A model generated the notes under the pieces. That model had not been told where the DNA came from, made no database searches, and saw nothing but the letters and a program-made list of their open reading frames with translations. From NCBI RefSeq assembly GCF_018350175.1, contig NC_058370.1, positions 83,266,001 through 83,330,000 on the forward strand: a DNA stretch of 64,000 nt, in the 5' to 3' direction. Positions 37,445-50,770 of this stretch are shown piece by piece (within the stretch, counting starts at the first letter, position 1; each line of letters starts with the position of its first letter). This DNA comes from Felis catus. Its lineage: Eukaryota. The position numbers and the translations under genes are program-made.

Positions 37445-40225
37445 CCAACAACCCAACAGTGGCAGAGTTCATTGTGTGGGTTAAAGCCCTTGCCTAAGTT
37501 TTGTGTTTTCAGCTAATGGGATTTTCACACATTTGTAGTGGTTTCAGGGACTGTGTGCCCATTGGAAGGACTCTTACACAAGTATAAGGAAGGAAAAAGA
37601 GACCATCTTGTACATGTTCAACAAAGACAGTGCTTTTCCAGTATTTGCTCAAGGCATTCTGCAGTTAAGAGACCTCTGTTCACTGGGAAAATGGTTAAAT
37701 GAATTTTGTAAGGGAAGACGTTAATTCAATGACTAGTTATAACAAAATATCTGTTCAGTGGAAGACAGTGTGCCAAGCACTGGGAATGAAACAGTGAAAT
37801 GACAGGCTCCTGCCTGCAGGTGACTTATAGTCGGTGGTGAAGGTGGATTAGTGACCAGATGACTCCATTATAAAAGTGCGATATTTCCCAGTAGAGGCAC
37901 ATACCAGAGGCCATAGGCACACAGAGGGGAAGGGCTAAGGTCTCCTGGGTGGTCACAGGAGTGATTCTTGAAGTAGTCACCAGGGTAGAGGAGAAAATTC
38001 TGGAGAATGGGAAAAACAGGGAGGACTGGGAGAATAGTGTGTACATTTGAGAATATGTGAGTGGCTTGGATAGACTGGGCTACGTGTGCACATTGACACA
38101 GGGTGAAGTCTAGATAGTGGGTAAGTCCTGTAGCAAGGGAGGGCAGAGTCCAGTTTTGGACATTTTGAATTTTGATAAAAGGTAGAAGTATGCCGCAATT
38201 ACTTGGTTGGGGAAATTAAGCTTTCTGGCTAAAAGAAAAGGCATACATCCCTCATCATTTTTAACTAGATGAAAAAAAGTACCTTTTAATAAAACTTCCA
38301 TTCACAGGATGGGAGTCATAAAAATGTGACATCTTCTCCAGGTTAATAATCCTCTCTTCCCTCAACAGTTCTTCATATTGCAACACAGGAGTTTCAGACC
38401 TCTTGTCTTGGTGTATCCCCTGTGGAACTAATCTGGTTTATCAGAGTTCTGTTCAAGACATGACACAGAAAGCTAGAGCGTTCCCAAAGTGTAGTCTGAT
38501 TATCAAGGAGTGCAGGGAACAAATTTGTCCCTAGTTGCTTTATTAGCACGCTTTGGGTTACTCTCATGTCAATAGCCCCGTTGTACTATTTGCTGATCTT
38601 AAACCTGTAAGAAGGAAAACTTGCTGGTCTTTTTCATTTCAATGACAGGAAGCTACATCTTTGTATTTCTGTACAGCTGATGTTTTGAACCCCCCAAAAA
38701 GCGTAATCCTTAATAGGTCTTAATTATTTGTCTTTTTGAACCCTGATTGTGTCTACCACAAATATAAGCCATGTAGCATTGAAAAGGATTTTATAATTAA
38801 GATATTTTTATTTTAACAATCTTCGAGGTAAAAATATAAAAAGAAAACTCAAACCCACACAGCTTTCCTAACACAGAATCTTGATGTTCCTATTATTTTG
38901 TCTTAGTTCATGTTCAGGAAAAAACAACTGTACGGCTTTGTAATCATAAAACAGACAAATTTTTGTAGTCTGGTTTTAAAATAACACATCTTAGTGTTTT
39001 TCAGATTGCAACAATCTTCAAAATGAAAAACAGTTACATAATTTTCCATCTCCTGTTTATGCTGCAATATACATCATTGTTGGATAATCAGGTTTAACTA
39101 TTAAAAAATACTGCAATGATGATATTTTTGCATATTTTTCATTTCTTCTTTCGTATTTTTCCAGGGTAAATTTCTAGTGTAAATTATAGGGGTCAAATTA
39201 CTAGGTCATAGAGAAGCAGTGTTGTTATGGTTGTTGAAATTTAATGCTTTCTTAAAGCCAGTGCCACTTCTACCAGAAACGTGACAAATGGTTTATGTTT
39301 GCAGCCTCATTAGTGATGGCAGAGCCAAGACTAGTCATTGGTTATTGAATCAACCATTACAGATTCAACTCAGTGTAATGTCATTCTGCCTCATTTTTCC
39401 ATTTGGGCTACATATAGGAGAGCATTTATGGGCTACATAAAGGCAGGGATCTTGCCCACTGCCTTATTTCCAGCTTCTGATGCACAACGAATGCTCAATA
39501 ATATGCAGTAAGTAAATAAAATGCCTTTTTAATTCTGCAACATTTCTCTGAAATGCCGTTCATTAACCTCAAAAAATAAAAATTGTGAAACAAATGTGAA
39601 ACGATTCATTGTTGGTGAATGCTTTAGATCTCCAGTGTTCATCACTTTAAGAACTTCTTACCAGCCTTTAGTAATGGATTTTATTTTTACATCACAATGC
39701 ATTATAAGTGAAATGATCTGTTTACAGACCAATAACATTTACCTGAATATTATTTACCTAGACAAAAAAGTGGTTTCCAATATTTTACTCTAGATTAGTA
39801 CGTACTTCCCCCTTTTTAAGGAACATGACTGTAGGATGTGCATGTTTTTAGCAGTTTTGCATAATATTTTTCTATATGTACTCATCGGTTTATCCGTCAA
39901 ATGTTTACTGAGGGACTACTATGTACCAGATAATTGGGGTTTTGCTTAGGGCAGGACAAACAGATTCTTTGCCTTCATGGAGTAAATAGTCTAGTGGGGA
40001 AGGTAGGCATCAAAAAGAAAAGAATGCTAAATTTTTGAAGTACAGAGTACTGGAAGAGGCTATTACAGGCTTATGTAACTGTTCAGGGGTAGTAAGTGGC
40101 ATGGTAGGGGATGAGGGCAGCAAGAGAGAGTAGTGGCATGTGCAAAATTCTGTGCTCTGGTGACAGAGAAAATACTATAAGCAAGGAACTGAAAAACCAA
40201 ATGAAGTCAAGTGTGGGTGGGTTCT

Positions 40226-40452
40226 TTTTTTTTTTTTTTTAATTTTTTTAACATTTATTTATTTTTGAGACAGAGAGAGATGGAGCATGAACAGGGGAGG
40301 GGCAGAGAGAGAGGGAGACACAGAATCCAAAGCAGGCTCCAGGCTCTGAGCCGTCAGCCCAGAGCCCGACGCGGGGCTCGAACTCACAGACCGTGAGATC
40401 GTGACCTGAGCTGAAGTCGGACGCTCAACCGACTGAGCCACCCAGGCGCCCC
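40226..40452 (-). mobile_element. Young felid Can-SINE inside an L2 fragment
   Basis: Perfect 17-bp TSD aagtgtgggtgggttct at 40209-40225 and 40453-40469. Confidence 0.97.
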
Positions 40453-41556
40453 AAGTGTGGGTGGGTTCTAAAGAGCTGGGGCAACATGAGAGATTGCGAT
40501 TTCTACTGGAAGGGCAATGGTAAGCCACTGAGAGTTTTAAACAGGGGAGTTTTAAAAAGCCACAAAAAAGGAGCAGTTGTGGTAGTAACACAGTTTGTGT
40601 TGCAAAATGGATGAATGAGTTGAATTGTTCTGAGTTTGTTCTTGCCTTCTCGTTCTGGTTGCTTTTTTTTTTTTTTTTTTTGTCAGAATCATTCAGGTTT
40701 GTCACTAATATAAGGGAGGCTCTAATCTGGGCTTTGCATTGGGAAGTCCTGAGCTGGTGGTTTCCATGTTCTTTGTTCCAGAGATGGGGATCTAGCTTTG
40801 GAAAAGGGAGTTGTCTCTCTCTAAAGTCAGCTTCTGGACAACATCTGTAAGAACAGCTAATCCAGGTTGTGAACTTTTTTGAAACACAACTCTGTTTTAG
40901 AGTCTGGGTCCCCCATTCCAACAAAACTTAAGTAAATTTTATTGGTTTGTGAATAGATAACTTCATTTACAGTACATAGTGATTTGAAAATAAAATCTAT
41001 TACTAAACGGAAGATGACTACTCTACCATTGGGCCATGGATGAAATTACAGCCACAGAGTGCAGTAACAGGGAGGTGTGTGCAAGGTATGGGGGAGTCTC
41101 TTTCCTCTGATTCTCCAGACTTCTCCCACTTGCATGGGATGGATTCATATTTACCATCATGCCAGCTGGCCTTGTCTACAGAGATCACTCTAGAAGCCAC
41201 CTGCTTTGTTGAAATCTTTTTCTTGAAATTCTCCTCCTTTCAGTTTTTGGATGTATTTGTTCATGTAATTGCTTTGATTGACTTGACTGGCTGCTGCTTG
41301 GACTGGAGAGTTCCTTGGTACCACCAGAAGTACCTAGTTATGAATTAGAGGTCCTACTTGGATCCCAATATAGTTTTATGCTAACAACAACTAAAACAGC
41401 TGCTGTTCTCCTCCTTCCCCTCACCCCGCCCCAACTATTGCCACTATTAGTTGAGTGTCTATAATGTACCAGATGCTCTGCTAGATGCCTTGCATATATT
41501 TTCTCTAATCTTTACAACGACCCTGAAAGGTAGGTATTCATATTACTGTCATCTAC

Positions 41557-41990
41557 TGTATCAGTAGACTCCCAGCAGGAAACAGATGGCCCACTCACAT
41601 TAGGATAATTTACAAAGAGTTTAATAAGGGGACTATTTACAAAAGTGTGGTTGGGGTGAGGGAAATCCCAGGCAGTGTGCCTGGGGATAGTAACAGTAGT
41701 GCTCCTTTGTTAGAAGCTTGGGAATTAAGGTGGGAGAGGGAATGGATGTGGGGGATGGAGAAGGCTGTTTGAAGATGCTGTCAGCAGGAGTTGAGTCTCT
41801 TAAGAGATGAGGTTGGTTTCTCAGCAACCTGCACTGGTGGAGCAAGAGGTATAAATATTCTAAGGTCACATTTCCTTTCTTCAGCCTTCCATTTGGTATC
41901 TAGAGGGCAAGGAAACTTGCTCATGTTTACATGCATTGCAGAGTGGAGAAGGGTAATGGAGAGTGGGGTACATCTACCAAACTCCATGGA
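41557..41990. mobile_element. Probable old ERVL-class LTR fragment
   Basis: Starts tgtatcagt..caggaaacaga..gagtttaataaggggactatttacaa; family not resolved. Confidence 0.4.
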
Positions 41991-42918
41991 TTTAGCATTC
42001 AGCTCCCTGCTGCTTTTTTCTCCCCTAGTTTTCTCTCCACTATTGGTCATAGTGGCTTCAATATTTAAGTATTTGATCCATGAACATTGTGGCCTGTCAG
42101 TTTGACCTCTTCACCTCCAAAATCTTTTCTTCTCCATAATACCTTTGCTTACTTCCATAGTCAAACTCATCTGATCATGACTGCTCCCCTGCTTTCATTG
42201 AGATCTTCAGACCAGGGGTACTTCCCATTTTTCACTATTCATTCTTGTCCTCATGTCCATGTTTCCTACTGTTCCCAGTTGAGATTTCCTAGTTTATCAT
42301 TTGGATCACCCCTGACTCCTTTGTTCCTCTCTGACTGTGTGGTTCTGAGAAGACCTGATTTTGGTTAATGCCATCCAGCTGTCTCCTCTATGTCTGCCCT
42401 TGAGTTGCTGAACCTTCTTGGAGAAAACGTATAATTGGGCCAACTGATCTCATATTAAAATCAGGGCCACGAATCTCAAATGAGCCCTTATCTATTTGGT
42501 ATTTCTACTGCATTTCTGTACTGGGGAGATGCTTTCTTTTCCTTCAGGTGACTTCACACTTTAATTAAGTCTATGCTCTTTCCTCCTGGTGCACGCCCAG
42601 TTGAGGAACTTTTCTTGTGCTTTACTAAGAAAATAAAATCAGCTAAGATCTCCCCCTACTTCCCATCACCCAAATCTACCAACCTATCTCTACCTATACT
42701 CACACCTTCCATCTTTCCTTTTGTTACAGTGAAGTGTGTTCAGTGCTAATTTAAACCCAACCCATCTACTTGTGTTCTAGATCCTATCCACATCCTTTCT
42801 CAGGGACTTCGTGCTGCAGTTTTCTCCTTTGTTTTCTGTATCACCATTCCTCTAAACTGGATCATTCCCATGAACATTTAAACATGATGTGGTATTTTCT
42901 GTTTTAAAACGCATACAT

Positions 42919-43040
42919 GGGACAGCTCGATGGCTCAGTCTGTTAAGTGTACAACTCTTGATCTCAGCTCAGGTCTTGATCTCAGGGTCATGAGTTCAAG
43001 CCCCACTTTGGGCTCCATCCTGGGTGTGAAGCCTACTTAA
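42919..43040 (+). mobile_element. Short Can-SINE lacking the (CT)n region
   Basis: tggctcagtctgttaagtg..tcttgatctcagggtcatgagttcaagcccc..gaagcctacttaa; same type as 9661-9781. Confidence 0.88.
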
Positions 43041-43595
43041 GCAACAACACCACCACCAGACACATACACTCTCACTTGTACCATATTAGTTTGCTCCTCT
43101 TCACAGAAGAACGTCTTGATATTGTCTATAATTTCTCTACTTCCTCACCTCACATTCTTTTCTGTTCTCCAAGTCTACTTTTTAAGTGAAATTGCTCTTA
43201 TTAAGGTTACCAATAATCTTTATGTTTATCAATCCAGTGGTCAGCATTTTGTCATTAGCTTACTGGCCCTCTTGGCAGCTTTTGATACAACTGACCACTC
43301 TACTTCTTAAGACACTTTTTCTCTGTTCTATGATAGCTGCTTTTTAGTTTTGTTCCTACCTCACTGGCAGCTGACTCTTTAGTTTAACCTCCTTTGCTGA
43401 CTCTTTTTCTCTGCTTGACCTCTAACAGAGGGCATAACCAAAGCCTTTCACTTCTCTCTGTATATATAGTAGCTAGATAATCTTACCATTTATACAGTTA
43501 TGAGGCTAAAGTTTTTATCTCAAGCTCAGATCACTCCCCTGAACTTGTATATTCACTTGCTATTTAACCTTTCTATTGGATGACTAGTAGGCATC

Positions 43596-44023
43596 TGTAG
43601 GAGACGTTGTTGGGAGGCCTCTCAGCTCATGTCCTCTCCTTGAACACAAACCTAGACTGCACTTTTCAGCTTCTATTACTTATAGGTGTGGCTGTGTGAC
43701 AGATTTCTAGCTCACGGCATGTGAACAGAAGTGATATATTTCATTTCTAGGTTTGGCCCATTAAAACCTCCCACATATGATTGTCCATACTCCTTATCTT
43801 GCAAATGGATACAGATGAACACAGTGACTTTTAAAGCCAAATGTTGAAAATAGATGGGCAATAACATGGAAGGAGCACAGGTCTCTGAATCATTACTTGG
43901 AGAAGAGCTGCCTACTAATCAAGAATAACTGACATGGATTTTAACTGAGCGAAAAATAAAATCTTATTAAGCCATTGGATTTTGGTGACTGTTAGAGCAG
44001 CTAGAATTATGTTAATGAATATA
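43596..44023 (+). mobile_element. Old MaLR LTR (MLT1I/J-like) inserted in L2
   Basis: TG start; aggtgtggctgtgtgac..atgtgaacagaagtgat..ttaagccattggattttgg..gcagcta. Confidence 0.75.
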
Positions 44024-45100
44024 GTAACCTAGCCTTACCTGGTCCTTAAGCAGGACTTTTGGTTCCCTTTATCCCAAACTTGCTTGTATCTCAGTCTCAC
44101 CCATCTCGGTAAATGGGGTCACCACCCACCAGTAGTTACAATTTAGCACTGGAAGAATGCCTAGCACAGATTAGGTGCTCTTAGGTACTTGTTGAATAAA
44201 TGCATGTTATCCTTGATTCATTTCTTTCTGTCTCAGCCATTTAAGCCATCAATAAGCCCTGTAAGCTCTGTTTCACAATATCTATCTCCTTCTCTCTACC
44301 TCTACTATAATCATCTTAGTTCAAACTTCTGCCATCTGTCACTGGCATTATTGGGCCTCCTAACTGAACTTTCTGCTATGTTCTTTCACCCTCCAATCCA
44401 ATCCTCTTACAGCAGCTAGACTGATCTTTTGAAAATGTAAATCAGATCATGTTCTTCTCCTTGTTAAAGCCCCACAGTGATTTCCTGTTACACTAAGGAT
44501 AAAATTCCAGTCCTAATGCTGGTCTACAGGGCCCTCTGTGATCTGGCTTCTGCTTCCCTCTTTGACCTCATTTTGTTCCACTCACTTCCTTGCTCCTAAA
44601 GCTCTGACCACACCGGTTACCTTCTTTTCCATGAACATATCAGGCTTGTTTCTACTATAGGGCTTTTCCTCTAGCTATTCCCTCTTGCTGAAATGCTCTT
44701 CCCTGTGTTTCTTTTGGTCAGTTCCTTCTCATTCTGGTCTCAGCTTAAATGTATCCTCCCTAGAGAAGCCTTTCCTAGTCATCCAACATAAAGAAGCCCC
44801 AAGTCACCCCCTGTCACAGTAGCCTGTTTTGTCTTCATCATCACACTTTAACATTTGACATTTAGGTAGTGTATTTTATTGTCTTCCCCTCCCCTCACAA
44901 GGGACCTTGCTTATCTTGTTTAACACTGTATTTCCATCACTAGGAACAATTTCTGCCATTTAGTACATGCTTAATATGTAGCTGAAAAAAATTAAGAAAT
45001 TTACCCAAGCTTACACAAGTTCAAACACAGTCTTTCCCTATGATTTATTCAGGGCTCATACATGACATGGTTAACTTGTTGCCAAGATGAATACTATTGA

Positions 45101-45123
45101 TTATTATTATTATTATTATTATT
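45101..45123. repeat. (TTA)n microsatellite
   Basis: Direct observation. Confidence 0.9.
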
Positions 45124-46176
45124 AAAACCCTTTTAATTTTACAAAAGTAATGTTTTTATTGCATACTATTAAAAATACAGCAAAAAATAAATAGTTAAAA
45201 AGTAACTGTAGTAAACAGCATCCCTCAGCCAATCATTCGTATTTGGGTGTGTTTCTTCTAATTATTTATATACATACTAAACAGAAGTAGCATCACTTTC
45301 CCACAGTGGAATGTTGGTCATATTTTTGTTCTCATATTAGTCTTGTTGAACAAGGGTTTTCTTAAAGAGCACTTTAGCCCAGCTCCAAGTGTAGTGGTGG
45401 GTGTTTCTTTGAGAAGGTTTTTTAGATCTGCCAAGTGAATGCAGCATACAGTTATGGTATTGGACCTTTGCAAGTGCTGGATGATGTGAGTTTATCACTA
45501 CCATTGTCCTGGGGGTGGTGTTAAAAGTCAGGTAATGCTCTAATCATGATCTCTGTAGTGAATTTTTTCTTAAAGCTAAAAACAAGACCTATTGTAGAAT
45601 TCTGTGACCCAGCTGGTTTAGTGGTAACAAGCTAATGTTTCCTGGAGTGACTGTAGCAGCTTACAGATTGGCAGTAATGAAACTGACCTCCGTTACATGT
45701 AATAAAAATAAGAATCTTAATAAAAAGATAAACAAGAGAGGGACACAGTAAGGGCTATATCCTTCTTGCCTTAGGTCCTGGCAAATTGTCATGTAGTTAT
45801 TGAAGCACCAAAAGACAAGACGTTTGGTTGTGGCTCAGTTACAATTTATGTTGCAAATGCTGTACATTAAAGGAATAATTATAACTAATACAGGGTACAG
45901 TATCAGAAGACCAGAAAAAGGCCAAATCAAACTTAATATCCTGGAGGCAAAAAAATATTTTATATTTTTAATATATTTTAGTGGGCAGGAAGGAGTGGGG
46001 GTGATTTGCCCAAAGACATATTTTATTTCTGAATTTGGTTGAAGGATGACCACTGTAGTAATTGGAGGTTATTATATGCCTCTCAGCTCATGTTACCATG
46101 TGTTCATATCTTGCAGGTAAATCTTATCAACAGACCTCTTCTGTAGTTCTATAAAGGAATTTTCTACAATACATGG

Positions 46177-46627
46177 TGTGGTGGATTGGGCAATGTTCCA
46201 CCATAGGTGTCCATATCCTAATCCCCTAGAGTCTGTCAATATGTTACCTTACGTGGCAAAAAGGACTTCATAGTGTGATTAAGTTAAAGATCTTGAGATA
46301 GAAAGGTTATTCTGGGTTTTTAGGATGGGCCCAATGTAATCACAGTGGTCCTTAGGAGAGAGGAAACAGAGAGAGGTGGTGTATGGATAGAAGCAAAGAT
46401 CAGAGAGGAGAGGAGATGCTGTGCTCTGCTGATAGCTTTGAAAAGGAGGAAGTGGCCACAGACCAAGGTGGCCTCTGGAAGTTGGAAAAGTTGCCAAAGA
46501 AGTTGCCTCCAGAAAGAATGCAACTCTGTGGATTCATTTTAGACTAATGACATTTAGAACTATAAGATAAATTTTAACCCACTAAATTCTTGGTAATTTG
46601 GTATAGCAGCCATAGGAAACTAATATA
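46177..46627 (+). mobile_element. MaLR solo LTR (MLT1C/D-like)
   Basis: tgttaccttacgtggcaaaaaggactt..gatgggcccaatgtaatcaca..gcagccataggaaactaatata. Flanks catgg and tgtgg fit a 5-bp TSD with CpG decay. Confidence 0.9.
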
Positions 46628-47127
46628 TGTGGTTAATTCATAATTCAGGGGAGACTCTAGGCCAGGATGGTATGTCATCTCTGATCAGTTGGGAGGTGGT
46701 ACCTAGGGTTCTGGGTTGAGAATGATTCTGAGTCTGGGTGGGCTCAGTGAGAAACCTCATGATGAATTAATAATAACTGCCATGGGTTCAGGAGTCACAT
46801 CTGTGCCTCAGACCTAAATCTTTTTGTGGTTAAGTTCCATGAAGCTCTGAAAGATGATCTCCACACTGGACAGTGACTCACATGGAAATGGCCAAGGTAT
46901 GTGAGTTTTAATCAACAACACAGCTGAACATTCTTGAGAGGAGAAAGCTACTGGTTTTAATCAAATTTTCAAATGTTCTAGAGCCTTAGTTCCACTCATA
47001 TCTAGTGAGCCCACTAACTTGTAACTTTGGGTCATTTGATGCCCTGTTATTTCATTTTACTATGAATGGAAAAGCAAACTAAGCAAAAGCTATTTGGAGA
47101 TAGAGTACTGAGTAATTGCCCATTTTT

Positions 47128-47355
47128 ATTTTATTTTTTAAATGTTTTTTAAAATTTTTTATTTGTTTTTGAGAGATATTGAGAGAGTGTAAGCGGGGGA
47201 AGGACAAGAAAGAGGGAGACACAGAATCTGAAGCAGGCTCCAGGCTCTGAGCTTAGTTAGCACAGAGCTCACCATGGGTCTTGAACTCAGAAATTGTGAG
47301 ATCACGACCTGAGCCAAAGTCAGAAGCTTAACTGACTGAGCCACCCAGGCACCAC
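47128..47355 (-). mobile_element. Can-SINE
   Basis: TSD agtaatt(t)gcccatttt at 47111 and 47356. Confidence 0.94.
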
Positions 47356-48830
47356 AGTAATTTGCCCATTTTTTAAAAAAAATAGTAATTAGGAAAATTA
47401 ACTTATAAAAACAGAGCTCCAGAATGTTAGCAACATCAAGAATATTTTTAACCTTCCCATCATTTATTCTTCACTTTACCCCCCACCCCCCGCAACTCCT
47501 TTCCCCTGCCCCTTATGTCCTCTGTTCAGGGATACAGATACACAGCACCCATATTAAGAGGACCAGAGTCTCTTGGGGACAGTAGTACAAACCTGAAGAT
47601 GAATCCTGACCTAGATGTTGAGGACAATCTTGATGAGTTGGAACCAAGACCTGTTTTTTTTTTTTTTTTTTTTTTTAAAACCAGTCTGGCTGCTATTATC
47701 TGTCCTCTTCTTTCCATGGTACAACTACTATCTGTGAACTCACAAAGGACACCCTTGGCAGCTGCAGGACATAATTACCACATTCCAGAATATCTTTTAG
47801 GCATTTGGATCTATGGCTAGCTCTTTGGATTGCTCCCCTGCTAACTAATATGTTACTGGCTTGACACAATTGACAGCCGGCTGTGCCGGTGGCTAAAGGA
47901 CTGCCTCTGGGGCTGTCTCAAAATGAGGTTAATGATGGGCTAGATGAGCACTCTGGGTTTCTTAGCCATCATCTACCTGGGAGCGGAATATGTGTGGGGC
48001 TCTGGTGTGATGACAAGGGGGTCTCTCTACACAGTCAGATGTACCAAATGGGCCAATTATTCTTCTAGGTAGTTCATGGGGATTGTTTTGTTAATTTTGA
48101 ATGTAATTAAAACAAAGCAAAGTAAAACAAAACTAGACCACTCCTGAAACCACAGAAAGCCCAGGAGAGAAAGACTACAGAAGTAAACAAAGCTGCATCT
48201 TTTCCAAGGGTGGGGGTGGGGGACAGGGCTCTCTTCAGTGTGCTCTTCCATGTTCCCACACATTGTTACCACTAGACACAGAATAATGGGGTTCAGACTG
48301 AAGTGCAATCTTAGACTAAAATGGCATTCACAGTTATTCAGATCAACTCATATGTTTTACAGAGAAGGAAGCAAAGGCTTTGATGAAAAAAAAAATGCTT
48401 TCTCTGGGGTTCTGTATGTTAGTAGAGGACTGAAAACCAGAATGTATTTCTGCTAAATTCTAGTTGGGGAGGGAGAAATCCTGAGAATTGGTTTAGAAGA
48501 TTCCCAACCAAAGATTGAGCATCTTGTGGGCAGGAATTATGCTTGTGTCTGCATCTCTAGCAGCAGGTACCTGGACAGTAGCAGGTGTTCAGTGATTTTT
48601 GTTGAGTGAATGAATGAATGGATAAGTAAATGAATGCTTCATGAATAGCTCAGGGAGGCAGGAAAGTTGAAAACTTTATCAACATTTGGAAACCAGAATG
48701 AACTTCTGAAGCATGAGATTGGCTTTATTGTTATTGCCTTATTTTTTTCTTGACCTTCATCAGTCTTGCAATTATATTAAAAACAACCCATGAAGCACAA
48801 ATGTCTGAAAGCCTGATTATCTCTGTAGAG

Positions 48831-49159
48831 CTGTGCTGTCCACTATAGTAGCCCATAGCCACTAGCCACATGTGGCTATTGAGCACTTGAAATGTGTCTA
48901 GTTTGAATTGGGATGTGCTATAAGTGTGGAATATATGTACAATTTCAAAGATAGTGCAAGAAAAGAGGTATAAAATATCTTAACAATTTTAAGAATACTG
49001 ATTTTATGTTAAAATGTTCTATTTTAAGCCTGTTGGGTTAAGTCTATTAAAATTAGTTTATGTTTTAAAAACCTTTTCTAATGTGGCTACTAGAAAATTC
49101 AAAATGATACAAGTGGCTTGCATTTGTGGTTTGCATTTTGTTTCTATTGGATAGCACTA
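48831..49159 (+). mobile_element. MER33-like hAT-Charlie MITE, complete
   Basis: Terminal inverted repeats tgctgtcca.. and ..tggatagca; internal tagccacatgtggcta palindrome; 8-bp TSD ctgtagag (48823-48830) and ctatagag (49160-49167). Confidence 0.9.
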
Positions 49160-49435
49160 CTATAGAGCATTTTTATGTTTTCTGGGAAAGTAGGTCTTAA
49201 GATTGGTATTAAGCAGCAGTTATTTATTTGATGAAGTATCCATCAGTAAATATGCAAAGGGATTACTACTGAGAGTAGCATTTAGTGAAGATATGCATTC
49301 TAAAGTCAGTTCTGTTAGCAAATCTTACCACTTGTCAACTGGAGACTGGATCTTAGTGAGGTTAAGGGATGTGGGCTAGGATTGGGCTCTGGGATCGTGG
49401 GACTCCAAAGCCTATGCTCTATACCTCATATTTTC

Positions 49436-49878
49436 TTGCTTTTTTTTAAAAATTTTTAATGTTTATTTTTTTTTTCAACGTTTATTTATTTTTGGGACAG
49501 AGAGAGACAGAGCATGAACGGGGGAGGGTCAGAGAGAGAGGGAGACACAGAATCGGAAACAGGCTCCAGGCTCTGAGCCATCAGCCCAGAGCCTGACGCG
49601 GGGCTCGAACTCCCGGACCGCGAGATCGTGACCTGGCTGAAGTCGGACGCTTAACCGACTGCGCCACCCAGGCGCCCCTAATGTTTATTTTTAAGAGAGA
49701 GAGAGTGCGAGCAGGGGAGGGGCGGGGGGTGGGGTGGGGTGGGGCAGAATCAGAAGCAGACTCCAGGCTCTAAGCTATCAGCACAGAGCCCAATGTGGGG
49801 CGCTTGAACTCATGAACTGCAAGATCATGACCTGAGCTGAAGTTAGGCGCCTAACCGGCTGAGCCACTCAGATGCCCC
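49436..49878 (-). mobile_element. Older Can-SINE (host of a nested SINE)
   Basis: Body at 49679-49878, tail remnant at 49436-49469; TSD tatacctcatattttc / tattcctcagattttc. Confidence 0.92.
49470..49678 (-). mobile_element. Young felid Can-SINE inserted into the tail of an older SINE
   Basis: TSD taatgtttatttt at 49457 and 49679; nearly identical to 1321-1535. Confidence 0.97.
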
Positions 49879-50186
49879 TATTCCTCAGATTTTCAAACAT
49901 TGGTATTCTTGGTGTTCCAAGATTGGTGTGGTGTGCTTAGAACTTAGTATGCCTTAGTTATTACCCATGTTAAGCCAAGTCTTAAAAGTTTGTGATTGTT
50001 TCTTTTTACAAATTAGAGCAGATTCAGGCCATCTGTGTGTCATTCCTCCTGTTGACTTGCATTCCAACATAATTCCTTCAGAAGGAGGAGGAGGAACGGC
50101 ATTGGCCCACCCATAGCAGGATGATGGAATTTGTCTACTCCTGCTTTGTTCTCCCCCTGTGTTACTATGCACTAACCAAATCGTAC

Positions 50187-50394
50187 TTTTTTTTTTTTAA
50201 AGTTTTTATTTATTTTGAGAGTGAGAGAGAACGAGTGGTATAGGGGCAGAGAGAGAGGGAGAAAGAATTCCAAGCAGGCTTCATGTTGTTAGTGCAGAGC
50301 CCAGTGGTGGGCTCAAACTCACGAACTGTGAGATCATGACCTGAGCTGAAACCAAGAGTCAGATGCCTAACTGACTGAGACACCCAGGCACCCC
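50187..50394 (-). mobile_element. Can-SINE
   Basis: Full body with T-tail; ends acccaggcacccc. Confidence 0.93.
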
Positions 50395-50729
50395 TCAAGC
50401 TTCTTTTGATCTTTGAATCCTAGTCCTTTCCAACCTCAGGGCTTTTGCATTTATTCTATCTTCTCCTTGAATAAAATTGGAAGGTAGTGCCCCATATTTT
50501 AGTATTGTTAATTCCTTGCCAACCTTTTAGTCTCTGCTTAAATGTTACTTTTCAAAGGCAGTTCTAAGTCAGTCCCATCTGTTAGTCTTTATTTTAGACT
50601 CGTTTATCTTTTCATGTCACTTATTCTAATCTGCAGTTATTTTAATTATGTATTGTTAAATGTCAGCTTCATAAGTAGAGTCTTCTAGCCTGGGACCTGG
50701 TAGAGAATAAAGGCTCTATTCCTCTTTGT

Positions 50730-50770
50730 TGAATGAATGAATGAATGAATGAATGAATGAATGAATGAAT
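50730..50770. repeat. (GAAT)n, expanded L2 3' tail
   Basis: tttgttgaatgaat.. at the end of L2-like sequence at 50400-50770. Confidence 0.9.

Larger units (their letters stand above)
42050..44995 (+). mobile_element. L2 (long fragment) with nested SINE and MLT1
   Basis: Pyrimidine-rich L2 text: aaggttaccaataatc, ggcagcttttgatacaactgaccactc, tgatcttttgaaaatgtaaatcagatcatgt, tctcagcttaaatgt; L2 3' end at ~44900-44995. Confidence 0.85.

Noticed and set aside
40259-40924. 221-aa ORF, the longest in the track
   Set aside because: It runs through a poly-T tract, an L2 fragment and a SINE, with no recognisable domain.
860-46770. Scattered ATGATGA C-box motifs (860, 16308, 20575, 46760)
   Set aside because: No convincing D box, terminal stem and guide combination; frequency is consistent with chance.
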